Positions 31,605-41,333 are shown, counted from the first letter of the stretch. The stretch is DNA of 64,000 nucleotides from Methanocellales archaeon (GCA_030610945.1 JAUWQV010000005.1:7321-71320); one strand, 5' to 3'. Notes: generated by a model not told the origin, from the letters alone. Made by a program: numbers and translations.

Positions 31605-33446
31605 TCAAATCACCCTGTAAATTTGAACATCATCATGGTCATACACCTTTCCGAAATAGTTTGTATCCTTCAAGGCATCGTTAAACGGGCGCCTCGCCTC
31701 CCTATGTCCTACGAATACATACGAAACGTTCCAATCATGTAGGGCAACGTTCAATTTAGATGCATCTTCTTCATACAGGAGCTGGACCGCCTCCTCCCAT
31801 TCGTCAACTCCATGATATTGGATCGCATAGACCTGCCATCCATAGGCTATGCGCCTTCCGGTCACGAGAGGAATCCGTGGAAATGGCGATGGCTCTTCTA
31901 AGAATATATCCTCTGGCGAGGTATTTTCACCTATCCATTTTAAGGCGTAGAGTTCACTGCGATCTGCATGGATGTATCTGCCCTCTGCGTAGTAGCCCAC
32001 CATCAGGCATGTGGTTGGAAGTATGAGCAAGATTGCCAACAACGGGAGGTATCTCTTAGGGGATGGCAATTTTCCATATAAATCTGAGATGTAACATCCA
32101 GTAAACATGGCGGCTGGTATGGTCAGATACACGAGGAACCTGTAGGTATTATAGGACAGTGGCAGGGTGATCACGTTCAAGATCAAAATCAGAACAAGGG
32201 CGAATATTAAAATTCCCTTGGTTTTTTCGTTGTGTCGCGATCTCCATGCTCCAAGAATGCTAAATGGCACCAGTATCCCTAAGGACATGAGTGTAGAGGA
32301 TAAGGCATGGGGATGATGGGCAATCATAAATTGCGATGGCGCATTTTGTGGGAATAGCGTCAATTGGAATGCTGCGATGAGGGAGGCGGATGCCAATACA
32401 ATCGCACTGACCTTCAACTTTTTTCTGTCTCTTAAATGCCATAACATGTACAATGCCATCAAAACGAAAAGTGGAAATGCCGATATGAGGTGGTAGTATA
32501 TCAAAATGCCCAAGGATATGCCGGCTAAGATGGCGGGTTTTTCGGAATCCTCAGTTATTGAAACAAGCCATATGTATAAAATAAAAATCATCATGACGAG
32601 GGCAAACGCCTGGGGCTGTGGCAGCAAATAGAACAATAGCGTTGGGTCATATGGTAGTGGCCCAAAACGATACGTGAATATCATGAAGGGGGATATTGGT
32701 TGACTGCGATAGTAGAGCGAGATGAGATATAACCAGGACAATCCTCCAGTGAATATGTAGATCAGAGATGCGCACACGGCTGAGCCCCTGTCAAACACGT
32801 AGTCTGCGAGAAGATACATGTTCAGGAACAGGGCGAATAACAGCAGTGGAAATACAATCTTAACCATCGAGAATGGATGGATGCCTGTTAACCTGCACAT
32901 CTCGCCCATGAAAACGTGCACGAACCAGTTGTATGGGATGTGGTATCCCGGGAGGTAAGGGTCCTCTGGAGGTATTTGAGGTGCATTGATGTAGCGCTGT
33001 ATGATGGACAGATGGTAATTCAAATCCGATGCATGGGTTGGGTTGGCCATGAGACCTTCGGCAGTGAACGTGAAGCAGTTTAGAAGCGGGAAAAATACGA
33101 TCAGGGCTGCAACTATCCCTAGTAAAATGATAATGCAGTCATGTCTACTGGACTGCACTGTGAATTCTTTGTTCAATAAGCAGGCTGACGACCCAATAAT
33201 GAATAGGCCCAGAACTACTTGTATCATATCCAGGCCGATAAAACACATGAGCACGGCGACAACAGGAATCATCACCAAAGACAACGTGATGGACGCTGCG
33301 AGCATCTCGATGATGCTAAACCGCTTTTTCATATGCGCATACACGCAAAATCCCGGGAAGAACAGCAGGAGCGGCAGCGATACGAAGCCGAAGGGCATCA
33401 TCACTAATATGCCTGCTAGAATGCCTGCTATCCCTAGTTTTCTCAT
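31605..33446 (-). CDS. Large polytopic membrane protein, GT-C-like (ArnT/PMT/AglS-like) with a C-terminal extracytoplasmic domain
   Basis: 613 aa and more than 12 TM segments. The loop HASDLNYHLSIIQRYINAPQIPPEDPYLPGYHIPYNWF is present. The soluble C-terminus ends ...YVFVGHREARRPFNDALKDTNYFGKVYDHDDVQIYRVI. Confidence 0.55.
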   Translation of the reverse strand: MRKLGIAGILAGILVMMPFGFVSLPLLLFFPGFCVYAHMKKRFSIIEMLAASITLSLVMIPVVAVLMCFIGLDMIQVVLGLFIIGSSACLLNKEFTVQSSRHDCIIILLGIVAALIVFFPLLNCFTFTAEGLMANPTHASDLNYHLSIIQRYINAPQIPPEDPYLPGYHIPYNWFVHVFMGEMCRLTGIHPFSMVKIVFPLLLFALFLNMYLLADYVFDRGSAVCASLIYIFTGGLSWLYLISLYYRSQPISPFMIFTYRFGPLPYDPTLLFYLLPQPQAFALVMMIFILYIWLVSITEDSEKPAILAGISLGILIYYHLISAFPLFVLMALYMLWHLRDRKKLKVSAIVLASASLIAAFQLTLFPQNAPSQFMIAHHPHALSSTLMSLGILVPFSILGAWRSRHNEKTKGILIFALVLILILNVITLPLSYNTYRFLVYLTIPAAMFTGCYISDLYGKLPSPKRYLPLLAILLILPTTCLMVGYYAEGRYIHADRSELYALKWIGENTSPEDIFLEEPSPFPRIPLVTGRRIAYGWQVYAIQYHGVDEWEEAVQLLYEEDASKLNVALHDWNVSYVFVGHREARRPFNDALKDTNYFGKVYDHDDVQIYRVI

Positions 33447-34453
33447 TACATTTTCACCTTATCCAACGACTTGTCCAGATATCTTAAGAAATCAAAGAGA
33501 CAAAAGCCGGCAAAAATCACCATACACTCCACCCAAAACGTAAAGAATCGGTCCATGAATATGCTTACCCCAAACAATTCGTTCTTCGTCAACAACAGAG
33601 TAACAACGAACCAAGATAGCATTAGAAGTTTGCAATCTCTTGGCACGTGAGCCGAAAGAAATGTGCGTATAAATCCAATTATGGAAAATGGAATTACGAC
33701 GAGTCCGGCTCTGGCGAGCAATTTCAAGTCGACGATTGTGCCCTCGTGATATTTGACCTGTGATATGCTGAGGATATCTAACGTTTGCATGGTGTACAGT
33801 TGCCAGGCGCCATATGTGGCACAGGCAGCAAGGAATGGCACAAATGCCAGCAGGAATTTATCTCTATCTTTAATCTGGAGGATGGAATACGCCAGCAACG
33901 TCAGCGCGAGAACGAGCAACGTCATCTGATGCGTCAAAGCCGTTACCATCGCTGCTAACACGCTAAGCAACCTTTGCTCCCTGATTACAAAATACAGCGT
34001 GAGGGGGACCATGAAGAGGCCCAATAACTGGGGCAGCGCCCTTGACGTGAAAATTGTCAGCTCTGGAGACAGCACAAAGAAAAGAGCAGCGCACAGTCCA
34101 ACATAGTGATTATCGTAAATTCGATAGGCAAGAGAGTAGAGTGCCAGAACGATGAAGACGGCAATGGCAATTGTCATTATGCCAGAAAGAGGCATTGGGT
34201 CGATGCCCGAGGTTATTGCAAGAGAGGCAATTAGCAACCTGTATGCTGGTACATAAAAATGTCTGAAGCCCCCGCCATATGATAATTCGTACAGAGGATA
34301 ATACATCGTTTCAATCGTCTTTCTGATGATTCCAACGTGATACATCGTATTGCCGAATGTCGGGATGATGTAGCCCTCCAATATCGGAGACCTGTACCAT
34401 AGTGCTGCGCATATGATGGCAAACAACAGAATCTGCCTGTCCTTTATCTTCAA
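33446..34453 (-). CDS. Polytopic membrane protein, paralog of the core of the 613-aa GT-C-like protein
   Basis: GNTMYHVGIIRKTIETMYYPLYELSYGGGFRHFYVPAYRLLIASLAITSGI aligns by eye with the DLNYHLSIIQRY...IPYNWFVHVFMGEMCRLTGI region of the neighbour. Confidence 0.55.
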   Translation of the reverse strand: MKIKDRQILLFAIICAALWYRSPILEGYIIPTFGNTMYHVGIIRKTIETMYYPLYELSYGGGFRHFYVPAYRLLIASLAITSGIDPMPLSGIMTIAIAVFIVLALYSLAYRIYDNHYVGLCAALFFVLSPELTIFTSRALPQLLGLFMVPLTLYFVIREQRLLSVLAAMVTALTHQMTLLVLALTLLAYSILQIKDRDKFLLAFVPFLAACATYGAWQLYTMQTLDILSISQVKYHEGTIVDLKLLARAGLVVIPFSIIGFIRTFLSAHVPRDCKLLMLSWFVVTLLLTKNELFGVSIFMDRFFTFWVECMVIFAGFCLFDFLRYLDKSLDKVKM

Positions 34454-34941
34454 TATATCACCCTGTAGATTCGGACATCCTGGTTTTCGTATGCCAATTC
34501 AAAGTAATTTGGATTGCTGAATTTTGTAACCTCGACATCTTTCCAACCATATCCGGCGTGTATTTGCCTTTGCAGTGGGGCGAAAACGTACGTGCAATTA
34601 TGCTCCTTGCATAAATCGTATGCCTCTTTTGACGACATGGTGGTGTAGATGGTCTGAGCATCCAACATATTCTGCGCAGCATTTGGAGCATTCGCCCAAT
34701 CGCCACCCACGATTGGGATTCTCGTGGTCATGCCCATGACCAATTCGCCGCCGAAGATGTCCGCCACGAATCTGTCCTCTAAGGAAGTGTTTTCCTTTAT
34801 CCACGTAGTTGCCTCTAATTCCCCTTCGGTGATGACCGGCGTTAGCCATGGATCTACCTGCTTCTTCACCTGCACCATGCCGGCGATGACCAAAACGAAA
34901 AGTATCGCTACAATAAGGACATTCTTCCAGGATTTCTTCAT
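34450..34941 (-). CDS. Signal-anchored protein homologous to the C-terminal soluble domain of the 613-aa protein
   Basis: An N-terminal TM helix, then ELEATTWIKENTSLEDRF...YVFAPLQRQ...NPNYFELAYENQDVRIYRVIY. Compare ELYALKWIGENTSPEDIF...YVFVGHREA...TNYFGKVYDHDDVQIYRVI. Confidence 0.6.
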   Translation of the reverse strand: MKKSWKNVLIVAILFVLVIAGMVQVKKQVDPWLTPVITEGELEATTWIKENTSLEDRFVADIFGGELVMGMTTRIPIVGGDWANAPNAAQNMLDAQTIYTTMSSKEAYDLCKEHNCTYVFAPLQRQIHAGYGWKDVEVTKFSNPNYFELAYENQDVRIYRVIY

Positions 34942-35030
34942 GTCAAATTAGAGTGTGCAACAGCATACGTAAAAGTTTCTAAAGTTATCACCCATCCAAT
35001 TTATAAGTGCAAAGGGATTAAGATGGAGAT

Positions 35031-35390
35031 GTGGTTGTTATGGTCGAACAAACCGAAACATGGGCGATATTGGTCGTTGCAGTTTGTGCCATCATCGGTG
35101 CAATAGGGCAGTTGTTTTTTAAGATAGGCTCCTCAACAGTGTCAATGGACATCATCTCGTGGATATTTAATACAAAAATAATCGCAGGGTTCGTTTTGTA
35201 TGCTGTATCGAGCATATTCTTCATATTTGCCCTGAAACATGGGAGTCTGAGCGTGCTTTACCCCATCATTGCCACGAGCTACATCTGGGTGGCATTACTC
35301 GCTATGATATTCTTGGGCGAAACGATGACATTCGGTAGGTGGGGCGGCATTGGACTGATACTTCTAGGCGTCTATCTGATTGTAAGGTAA
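35031..35390 (+). CDS. Small EamA/SMR-like 4-TM transporter (ArnE/ArnF-like polyprenyl-phosphate-sugar flippase candidate)
   Basis: 119 aa. LKHGSLSVLYPIIATSYIWVALLAMIFLGETMTFGRWGGIGLILLGVYLI. The start may be the ATG at 35040. Confidence 0.65.
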   Translation: MVVMVEQTETWAILVVAVCAIIGAIGQLFFKIGSSTVSMDIISWIFNTKIIAGFVLYAVSSIFFIFALKHGSLSVLYPIIATSYIWVALLAMIFLGETMTFGRWGGIGLILLGVYLIVR

Positions 35391-35394
35391 TAGA

Positions 35395-36090
35395 ATGAAA
35401 TCCATTTCGCTCATCATCCCCGCATACAACGAGGAGAAGAGGATAGGCGGCACACTAACTGATTATCAGGCGTTTGCAAGTCAGAACTATGGCGATTATG
35501 AAATGTTCGTGGTGTGCGATGGTTGCACGGATAGGACCCCAAAAATCGTGAAAGAATTCTGCAGACAGAATCCGCGCATAAAACTTCTTGAATTCCCCCA
35601 CAAATTAGGGAAGGGTGGTGGTGTATTGAAAGGCTTCACGGCTGCCGGAAGCGATGTAATCGGATTCGTGGATGCTGATGGCGCTGTTTCGCCCGAGGAA
35701 TTTGATAAACTGGTAAAAGCGTTGGACGGAGCCGACTGCTCCATTGCATCACGGCACATGGCAATCTCTAAAATACTGGCCAAGCAATCGCTCATGAGAA
35801 GGGTTGCAAGCAGGGGCTTCAATCTGCTCGTCAGGATGATGTTCGGTCTGCCGTTCAAGGATACACAGTGCGGAGCCAAGGTCATGAAAAAGAGCGTCAT
35901 TGATAGTGTATTGCCGAAGATTATGTTGCGTGGATATGAATTTGACGTCGAACTGCTGTGGAGGGTCAAGAGAGGCGGTTACATCATTAAGGAAGTCCCG
36001 ATAACTTGGCGGCATATGGGGAATTCAACGTTCAGCCTGAAATGTGCTCCGGCGATGTTTCTTAACCTGCTAAGGGTCAGGTTTAGTTAA
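35395..36090 (+). CDS. Family-2 glycosyltransferase (ArnC/DPM1/ALG5-like polyprenyl-phosphate glycosyltransferase)
   Basis: ISLIIPAYNEEKRIGGTL...VVCDGCTDRT...GKGGGV...FVDADGAVSPEE...DTQCGAKV. Confidence 0.85.
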   Translation: MKSISLIIPAYNEEKRIGGTLTDYQAFASQNYGDYEMFVVCDGCTDRTPKIVKEFCRQNPRIKLLEFPHKLGKGGGVLKGFTAAGSDVIGFVDADGAVSPEEFDKLVKALDGADCSIASRHMAISKILAKQSLMRRVASRGFNLLVRMMFGLPFKDTQCGAKVMKKSVIDSVLPKIMLRGYEFDVELLWRVKRGGYIIKEVPITWRHMGNSTFSLKCAPAMFLNLLRVRFS

Positions 36091-36169
36091 TCAGCGCACT
36101 TTGATGACAATCTTTTTGCCCGTCACAGGCACCAATTTTTTGAGTTTTATCTCAACATCCTCATCAACT

Positions 36170-36766
36170 TCATAAATGTAAAAGTTGCTTGCAAATTCTC
36201 AAATCGTCAATCGTGTTCACGTTGACCGCTAATTCCTGATATTTTAGCACAAGTCTATGCTCTCCTTGTTCCTCTTTTATCAAGCCCCCATCCAAGATGT
36301 TCACGCCAGCTGGTACAATCAACTCTCCATCAACATTAAGCACAGTAGATGGTCGGATGCCAACGTCTTTACAGACCGAAATAGGAACGTAAACGGATAG
36401 CGCTGGCTTATTTATCTTCCAGTATACATCGATGATTTCATCGATTAATTTGGCGGACAGAAGAGGTAAATCAGACATCACGACGAGAAACGGAGTCCTA
36501 AGCCCAAGAATCTCCGTCGCCTCTATCAAATCAGATACGTATCCAATCCCCTTTGTTTTGATTACTTTTATGCGCATATTTCTCAGATATTTCTCTGTTT
36601 TCGGCGTATGTGGAGAGGTTGCCACAAAAATTTTATCAACTTCTTCACTTTGGTGAAGCACATCTAATACATACGATATCATTGATTTTCCGGACAAATC
36701 TATCAGTGGTTTTTCTCCTTTGCCTAGCCTATTTCCAGGTCCGCCAGCCATTACAATGGCATCCAT
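36170..36766 (-). CDS. cobY: Adenosylcobinamide-phosphate guanylyltransferase, archaeal type
   Basis: MDAIVMAGGPGNRLGKGEKPLIDLSGKSMI (NTP-transferase fold). Located in the cobS/cbiB/cobD operon. Confidence 0.75.
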   Translation of the reverse strand: MDAIVMAGGPGNRLGKGEKPLIDLSGKSMISYVLDVLHQSEEVDKIFVATSPHTPKTEKYLRNMRIKVIKTKGIGYVSDLIEATEILGLRTPFLVVMSDLPLLSAKLIDEIIDVYWKINKPALSVYVPISVCKDVGIRPSTVLNVDGELIVPAGVNILDGGLIKEEQGEHRLVLKYQELAVNVNTIDDLRICKQLLHL

Positions 36767-37497
36767 ACTATCACTCCGATTACAATCAACGCCACTATGC
36801 GCCCTATCTCATTGGTCGACCCAAGAATATCGCCATTTATTCCTCCAAAGTTGCGGCTGGCAATATGCACTATTAAAAGCGCAGACAGTAACGCAGACAC
36901 TATAGCAAGCATACCACCCACACCTAACGCAAGCCAGCATACAACGAAAGAAAAAATCAATCCAGCCAAGAAATCGCGATGTCTGACATTGTCGATGAAC
37001 ATCGACCCCATCCCTTTATGTATACTCTTTCCAAACATCGCTGCTGTGAGCATGGACTGCTTGGCGCTTATTTCTGCTGTTATGATAGCAAATAGCAGGT
37101 TATGATTGATTGTAGTTATGGCAGAAAACAAAATAAGCAGCGACACTACACAAAAGACAGTGCCACCAACCCCTATGGCAGTGTCATGCATGATGTCAAC
37201 TCTTTCTTCCGGGGTGCCATGCGCAAGAATCGCATCTCCACAATCCATCAGCCCATCCATATGATTTAATCCCGTGATGCAGTACAGGGCAAGGATGAGT
37301 AACGCCGAGCATAGATGCAATGGCAGGTATTGAAGCACAAGCCCAATGCTGCCAACTATCAGGCCAATTAAGGCACCCAAAGGAGGAAACAAATACATCC
37401 GTTTGCCAAGTTTTTGCAACCCATCGACATCGATTCCGACCGGGACGGTCGTTAGAAAACCTATGCCCGCCCTGACGGCATGAAGAAAATCATTCAT
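36751..37497 (-). CDS. cobS: Adenosylcobinamide-GDP ribazoletransferase (cobalamin-5'-phosphate synthase)
   Basis: MNDFLHAVRAGIGFLTTVPVG...GLNHMDGLMDCGDA...GGINGDILG. The ATG at 37497 gives an ATGAATGA overlap with the upstream gene. Confidence 0.9.
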   Translation of the reverse strand: MNDFLHAVRAGIGFLTTVPVGIDVDGLQKLGKRMYLFPPLGALIGLIVGSIGLVLQYLPLHLCSALLILALYCITGLNHMDGLMDCGDAILAHGTPEERVDIMHDTAIGVGGTVFCVVSLLILFSAITTINHNLLFAIITAEISAKQSMLTAAMFGKSIHKGMGSMFIDNVRHRDFLAGLIFSFVVCWLALGVGGMLAIVSALLSALLIVHIASRNFGGINGDILGSTNEIGRIVALIVIGVIVWMPL

Positions 37498-38566
37498 TTT
37501 TCTCCACTCGTGTTGCAACATCATACATCCTAGCCGAGACTCCGCCAATCAACCCAGCAATTACATCATCCATAAACGGACCCAGCTCTGCAAGTATGCC
37601 CGGCTTTGCTTTGTCGTACCGAATGTACTCAAATAACCCCTTATAGCCGCCGATGTACTTTGAGATACTCATTCCAAGGACTTCATCGGCGACGAGGGAT
37701 GTAAGGTCATTTTCATATCCTCTGAGGTTGAGCATACCCCTCTTTGCATCTCTTTCGAGAGCAATTCCCGTATAAATCAAAGCGCACACGTTTGGATCCG
37801 CCAGCGCATTGTTTAATTCATCTACAAATATTTGTTCTGCCTTCTCGCTAGATTCTATCTTAGGATGAGGAACAAAGAGTGACAGGGCAGCCCCTACAAT
37901 CTTGGGCAACGTTACTCCCAACTCTTCCAGTCTCTGCATAATGGGCCTGCCTATGGAGATGTGCTCTTGTTTTTGAAGTGCCTGTAGCGTTGCATTTTTG
38001 ACTGTATTATAAATCATCTTGCCAAGCGTTGTAGCAGTTCCGGCATATTCTATTCTTTCACCTTTGCCCGTGCAGGCAATTGTCACCGTGTCTGTGCTTG
38101 TTCCAGTCGCTACGCCTGTACCGCTTCTCACGTCTAAAAGTTGCAGGGCAAGGCACTTACCTTCTGTGGCGGTGATTATAGCGTTTACCATACATGATAG
38201 CGTAAGATTACCATCTATCAATAGAATTGTGTTAATCGTATTATTAGATAGACCTGCCGTAACGATGGCACAAACCGTCAGCCCCTTCTTCTCATCAAAA
38301 CTTATTCCAGGGTCATCAACTCTAGCAGCAGTCATCAGCCCTATTGTAGACTCTGGCAATTCCTGTTCTTCAATAACCTGTCTCAGTTTTGCCTTGGGTT
38401 CTACATTAAAATTCTTCTCAACTTGATGATTTATTATCGCTGTCGCTTGGCTGAAACCACCATTTAACGCTGCAGAACTCAGAATACAAAGGAGCCTCTC
38501 TGACGTCATCACAAGTGTTCTCTCTTCTACCCTCACATGGATACCCTCTATCGGAATCTTCAACAT
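37490..38566 (-). CDS. cbiZ: CbiZ (adenosylcobinamide amidohydrolase) fused to a PgpA-like (CobZ-type alpha-ribazole-phosphate phosphatase) domain
   Basis: The N-terminal half reads LLCILSSAALNGGFSQATAIINHQV...GTSTDTVTIAC. The C-terminal half ends GPFMDDVIAGLIGGV, resembling the PgpA DDxxAG motif. Confidence 0.7.
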   Translation of the reverse strand: MLKIPIEGIHVRVEERTLVMTSERLLCILSSAALNGGFSQATAIINHQVEKNFNVEPKAKLRQVIEEQELPESTIGLMTAARVDDPGISFDEKKGLTVCAIVTAGLSNNTINTILLIDGNLTLSCMVNAIITATEGKCLALQLLDVRSGTGVATGTSTDTVTIACTGKGERIEYAGTATTLGKMIYNTVKNATLQALQKQEHISIGRPIMQRLEELGVTLPKIVGAALSLFVPHPKIESSEKAEQIFVDELNNALADPNVCALIYTGIALERDAKRGMLNLRGYENDLTSLVADEVLGMSISKYIGGYKGLFEYIRYDKAKPGILAELGPFMDDVIAGLIGGVSARMYDVATRVEKNE

Positions 38567-38569
38567 CGT

Positions 38570-39472
38570 TTACATCACCAGTGGTAGTTTTGTGTAATAG
38601 AGCATGAATAAGGCTGACGCGATGATAATTATAGATGACGTTCTCATTATTTGAACCGCCTTCTTTATTTGCTGCGGCTCTGGTAGTGCAAACTCATCTC
38701 CTAAGACATAACAAAACGGCTTTTTGAGAGACACACCTAATGCACCGGCAATCGCGGCCATTGGCCACCCAGAATTTGGACTTGCGGTTTGGTCATGATC
38801 CCGTCTTGATACTCTCAGAGCAGAAAGGGGTGAACCATGGAAGGCTGATGCCATAGTAATAAAAAGCACTGACAATCTTGCTGGCATGTAGTTTACTACA
38901 TCATCCAATCTTGCTGATGCTAACCCAAAATCGCCTTGGTTTTTGTATCCAAGCATAGAATCTAAAGTGTTTATTGCCTTGTACCCTAACGCCCCCGGTA
39001 ACCCGAAAAGCACGAAGTAAAATATTGGTGACAGTATTCCGTCTACGAAGTTCTCTGCGATTGATTCTATGGCAGCAGAACACATCTCCTCTTTTGTAAG
39101 TCTTTCGGGCTCTCTCCCAACCAGTGCAGGTAGCTCTTTTTTAGCACTGACAAGCTCATCTCTCTCAAGATGTCTATATACCCTGGTTGCAGTATCTGTT
39201 AGGCATGTGATGGAAAACGTCGACTTCAAGACATACGCTGATACGAGCATGCCGATGGCACCGTGCATAAGAGTGCACAAATATCCACCTAACGCGGCGA
39301 CGCTGGTTATGGTCAGAGCCAACACACATCCAGATAGTTTTGATTTATTTAGATGAATTCGTACAGCATCTATCAGTTTACCGATCCAAACCACAGGGTG
39401 GAACATTTCACGAGGCTCGCCAAAGAGTAAGTCCATTCCTATCGCGAGAGCCAACACAATTTCCCAGTTCAT
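38570..39472 (-). CDS. cbiB: Adenosylcobinamide-phosphate synthase
   Basis: LDLLFGEPREMFHPVVWIGKLID...NTLDSMLGYK...ARLDDVVNYMPARL. The start at 39472 gives an ATGA overlap with the cobD stop. Confidence 0.9.
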   Translation of the reverse strand: MNWEIVLALAIGMDLLFGEPREMFHPVVWIGKLIDAVRIHLNKSKLSGCVLALTITSVAALGGYLCTLMHGAIGMLVSAYVLKSTFSITCLTDTATRVYRHLERDELVSAKKELPALVGREPERLTKEEMCSAAIESIAENFVDGILSPIFYFVLFGLPGALGYKAINTLDSMLGYKNQGDFGLASARLDDVVNYMPARLSVLFITMASAFHGSPLSALRVSRRDHDQTASPNSGWPMAAIAGALGVSLKKPFCYVLGDEFALPEPQQIKKAVQIMRTSSIIIIASALFMLYYTKLPLVM

Positions 39473-40800
39473 AATCGCCTCTCTATGATTTTCCATGCTT
39501 CACTTAAATCATCACAAGCGAGAAGGCTGTCCAGCACCTCTTGTGCTACATCAGGTTCGTGAATGATGTTGCAGTTGATACAACTCCATGCGGTCCCACC
39601 TGTAGTTTTTTCTACATATTTTCCGAGACGCTCATCCTTACAGGGGTAGAAAGGGCAGAAACAGAATGTGCAATCCTGTCCTTTGAAATGGCACGGATAA
39701 TGCTCACAACTCTCTCTCGCCTTTGGGTCAATGACTCGTTTTAATGCAGTCACAAGTTTCTCATTCTCCTCCCTCGTTCTCACAGCCACTCTGATGTAAT
39801 CTCTCCCTAATGGTTTGAACGAATTACAATCCCTAATCAAGATGCCATGATAAAGCATGCGCTGCGCCAGCTCGCCAGAACTAAAATCAGTGCCGCTGAT
39901 GTCAAGCAGAATGAAGTTCACCTTACTTTGCAAAGGTCGTATGTCAGTTATATCACTCAATTGATTTATCAACCATTCCCGTTCTGTTTTTATTAATTTG
40001 CGTGATCGATCCAAGTATTTTGACGTTTCAGGAGCTTGAAGAAGATAGGTGCCAATTGCGTCGGCAAAGGTGTTTATGTTCCACGAGAGTCGTGCTCTAT
40101 TGAGCCATTCGATCAGCTGGGCAGGGCCAACACCATACCCAATCCTGACGCCTGGAATGGCGAAGCACTTTGTTAGCGATCGTAACACGAAGACAAAATC
40201 TTTTTTTGCAGCTATGTCAGCGATGCTTTGCTCTGGGTCAGAAAGCTCGATAAAAGTTTCATCCACGAAAAGGAAAGTCTTATTTTTTGAACAACGTCTT
40301 GCCAGCTCTATTAACGTCTCCTGAAGAAGTAAATCTCCTGTAGGATTGTTTGGGTTACATACGTAGAGGATCTTGGACTCCTTTAACATGCCGTCAGTTA
40401 TTTGATCGTTCTTGATCGCTTCGTATTCGATGAACAAGGGCTTTGCGCCGAACAATCTGGATTGAAATTCATATTCACCAAAAGTTGGACAAGGAATGAT
40501 CACTTGATCGCCCTTTTCAATAATCGTTTCGGCAAATAGTCTGATTATTTCTGTTGAGCCGTTTCCCGGAACTATGTTAGCTGCATCTACGCCTACGAAG
40601 TTTGCCGCCGCCTCTCTCAACGTTGTATATTGATCATCTGGATACCGATCAATTCGTTCGTATGCAGATAGCAAGGCATCTTTCACATCCAGCTTGAGCG
40701 GATTGGTATTGGTGCTAAAATCGGTTACTCCGTTGCTCGTTGCACCACCGTGGGGGCATCGCTCTAGCGCCAATGCTTCTTTTCTGACGAAATTCCTCAT
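39469..40800 (-). CDS. cobD: L-threonine-O-3-phosphate decarboxylase (class I/II aminotransferase fold) with a C-terminal 8-Cys domain
   Basis: YPD...NGSTE...NPNNPTG...SLTKCFAIPGVRIGY, then ESCEHYPCHFKGQDCTFCFCPFYPCKD...WSCINCN. The start at 40800 (ATGA overlap) is preferred. Confidence 0.85.
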   Translation of the reverse strand: MRNFVRKEALALERCPHGGATSNGVTDFSTNTNPLKLDVKDALLSAYERIDRYPDDQYTTLREAAANFVGVDAANIVPGNGSTEIIRLFAETIIEKGDQVIIPCPTFGEYEFQSRLFGAKPLFIEYEAIKNDQITDGMLKESKILYVCNPNNPTGDLLLQETLIELARRCSKNKTFLFVDETFIELSDPEQSIADIAAKKDFVFVLRSLTKCFAIPGVRIGYGVGPAQLIEWLNRARLSWNINTFADAIGTYLLQAPETSKYLDRSRKLIKTEREWLINQLSDITDIRPLQSKVNFILLDISGTDFSSGELAQRMLYHGILIRDCNSFKPLGRDYIRVAVRTREENEKLVTALKRVIDPKARESCEHYPCHFKGQDCTFCFCPFYPCKDERLGKYVEKTTGGTAWSCINCNIIHEPDVAQEVLDSLLACDDLSEAWKIIERRL

Positions 40801-41333
40801 AGATTCACACCTAATATTCCCGACATCACACCCCAATCGACACTCTCTTTGAAGGTCTTGACAAACTCATCTCTCGTGGAGTATGGGATGACACCAACGA
40901 CCGGTTTTCCGGTTCTTTCTTCCAAAAACCTCAGCCCAGGCTTTAGGATCTCCTCGTCACCTCTGAATTTGTTGATTAAAAAGCCGGAGATACGATGTTG
41001 TTCTTTCAGCAGTGCATATGTGCCATACAGTCCTGCGAATACTCCCCCCCTCTCAATGTCCCCGACCAAAATAACAGGGGCATTTGCCATGTTTGCCATC
41101 TTCATATTTGTTAAATCCCGTTCTACTGGGTTTTCAATACCCTCTAAGATGATGCAATCGTGCCCGCGCTGTAATCGCGTAATCGTCGTTCTGATCATAT
41201 GCTCATCAAAGCTCACATCGGGCTGGAATGTTGTGACATTATATCCTCTTTCGCTAAGCAATATGCATAACGCCTTGGTTGCGACACTTTTTCCACAGTT
41301 ACTCGTTGCACCTTGGAGCATCAGGTTATTCAT
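40797..41333 (-). CDS. Shortened CobQ/CbiP-like P-loop domain protein (no glutamine amidotransferase domain; central region deleted)
   Basis: LQGATSNCGKSVATKALC...ILEG...VGDIERGGVFAGLYGTYALL...FLINKFRGDEEILKPGLRFLEERTGKPVVGVIPY. Confidence 0.7.
   Translation of the reverse strand: MNNLMLQGATSNCGKSVATKALCILLSERGYNVTTFQPDVSFDEHMIRTTITRLQRGHDCIILEGIENPVERDLTNMKMANMANAPVILVGDIERGGVFAGLYGTYALLKEQHRISGFLINKFRGDEEILKPGLRFLEERTGKPVVGVIPYSTRDEFVKTFKESVDWGVMSGILGVNL

Noticed and set aside
36091-36172. Open frame ...YIYEVDEDVEIKLKKLVPVTGKKIVIKVR* continuing past the cobY stop in another frame (possible frameshift or extension)
   Set aside because: The frame has no start codon and opens only 9 codons before the cobY stop. 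CobY already has a normal length (198 aa), so this is most likely a chance frame.
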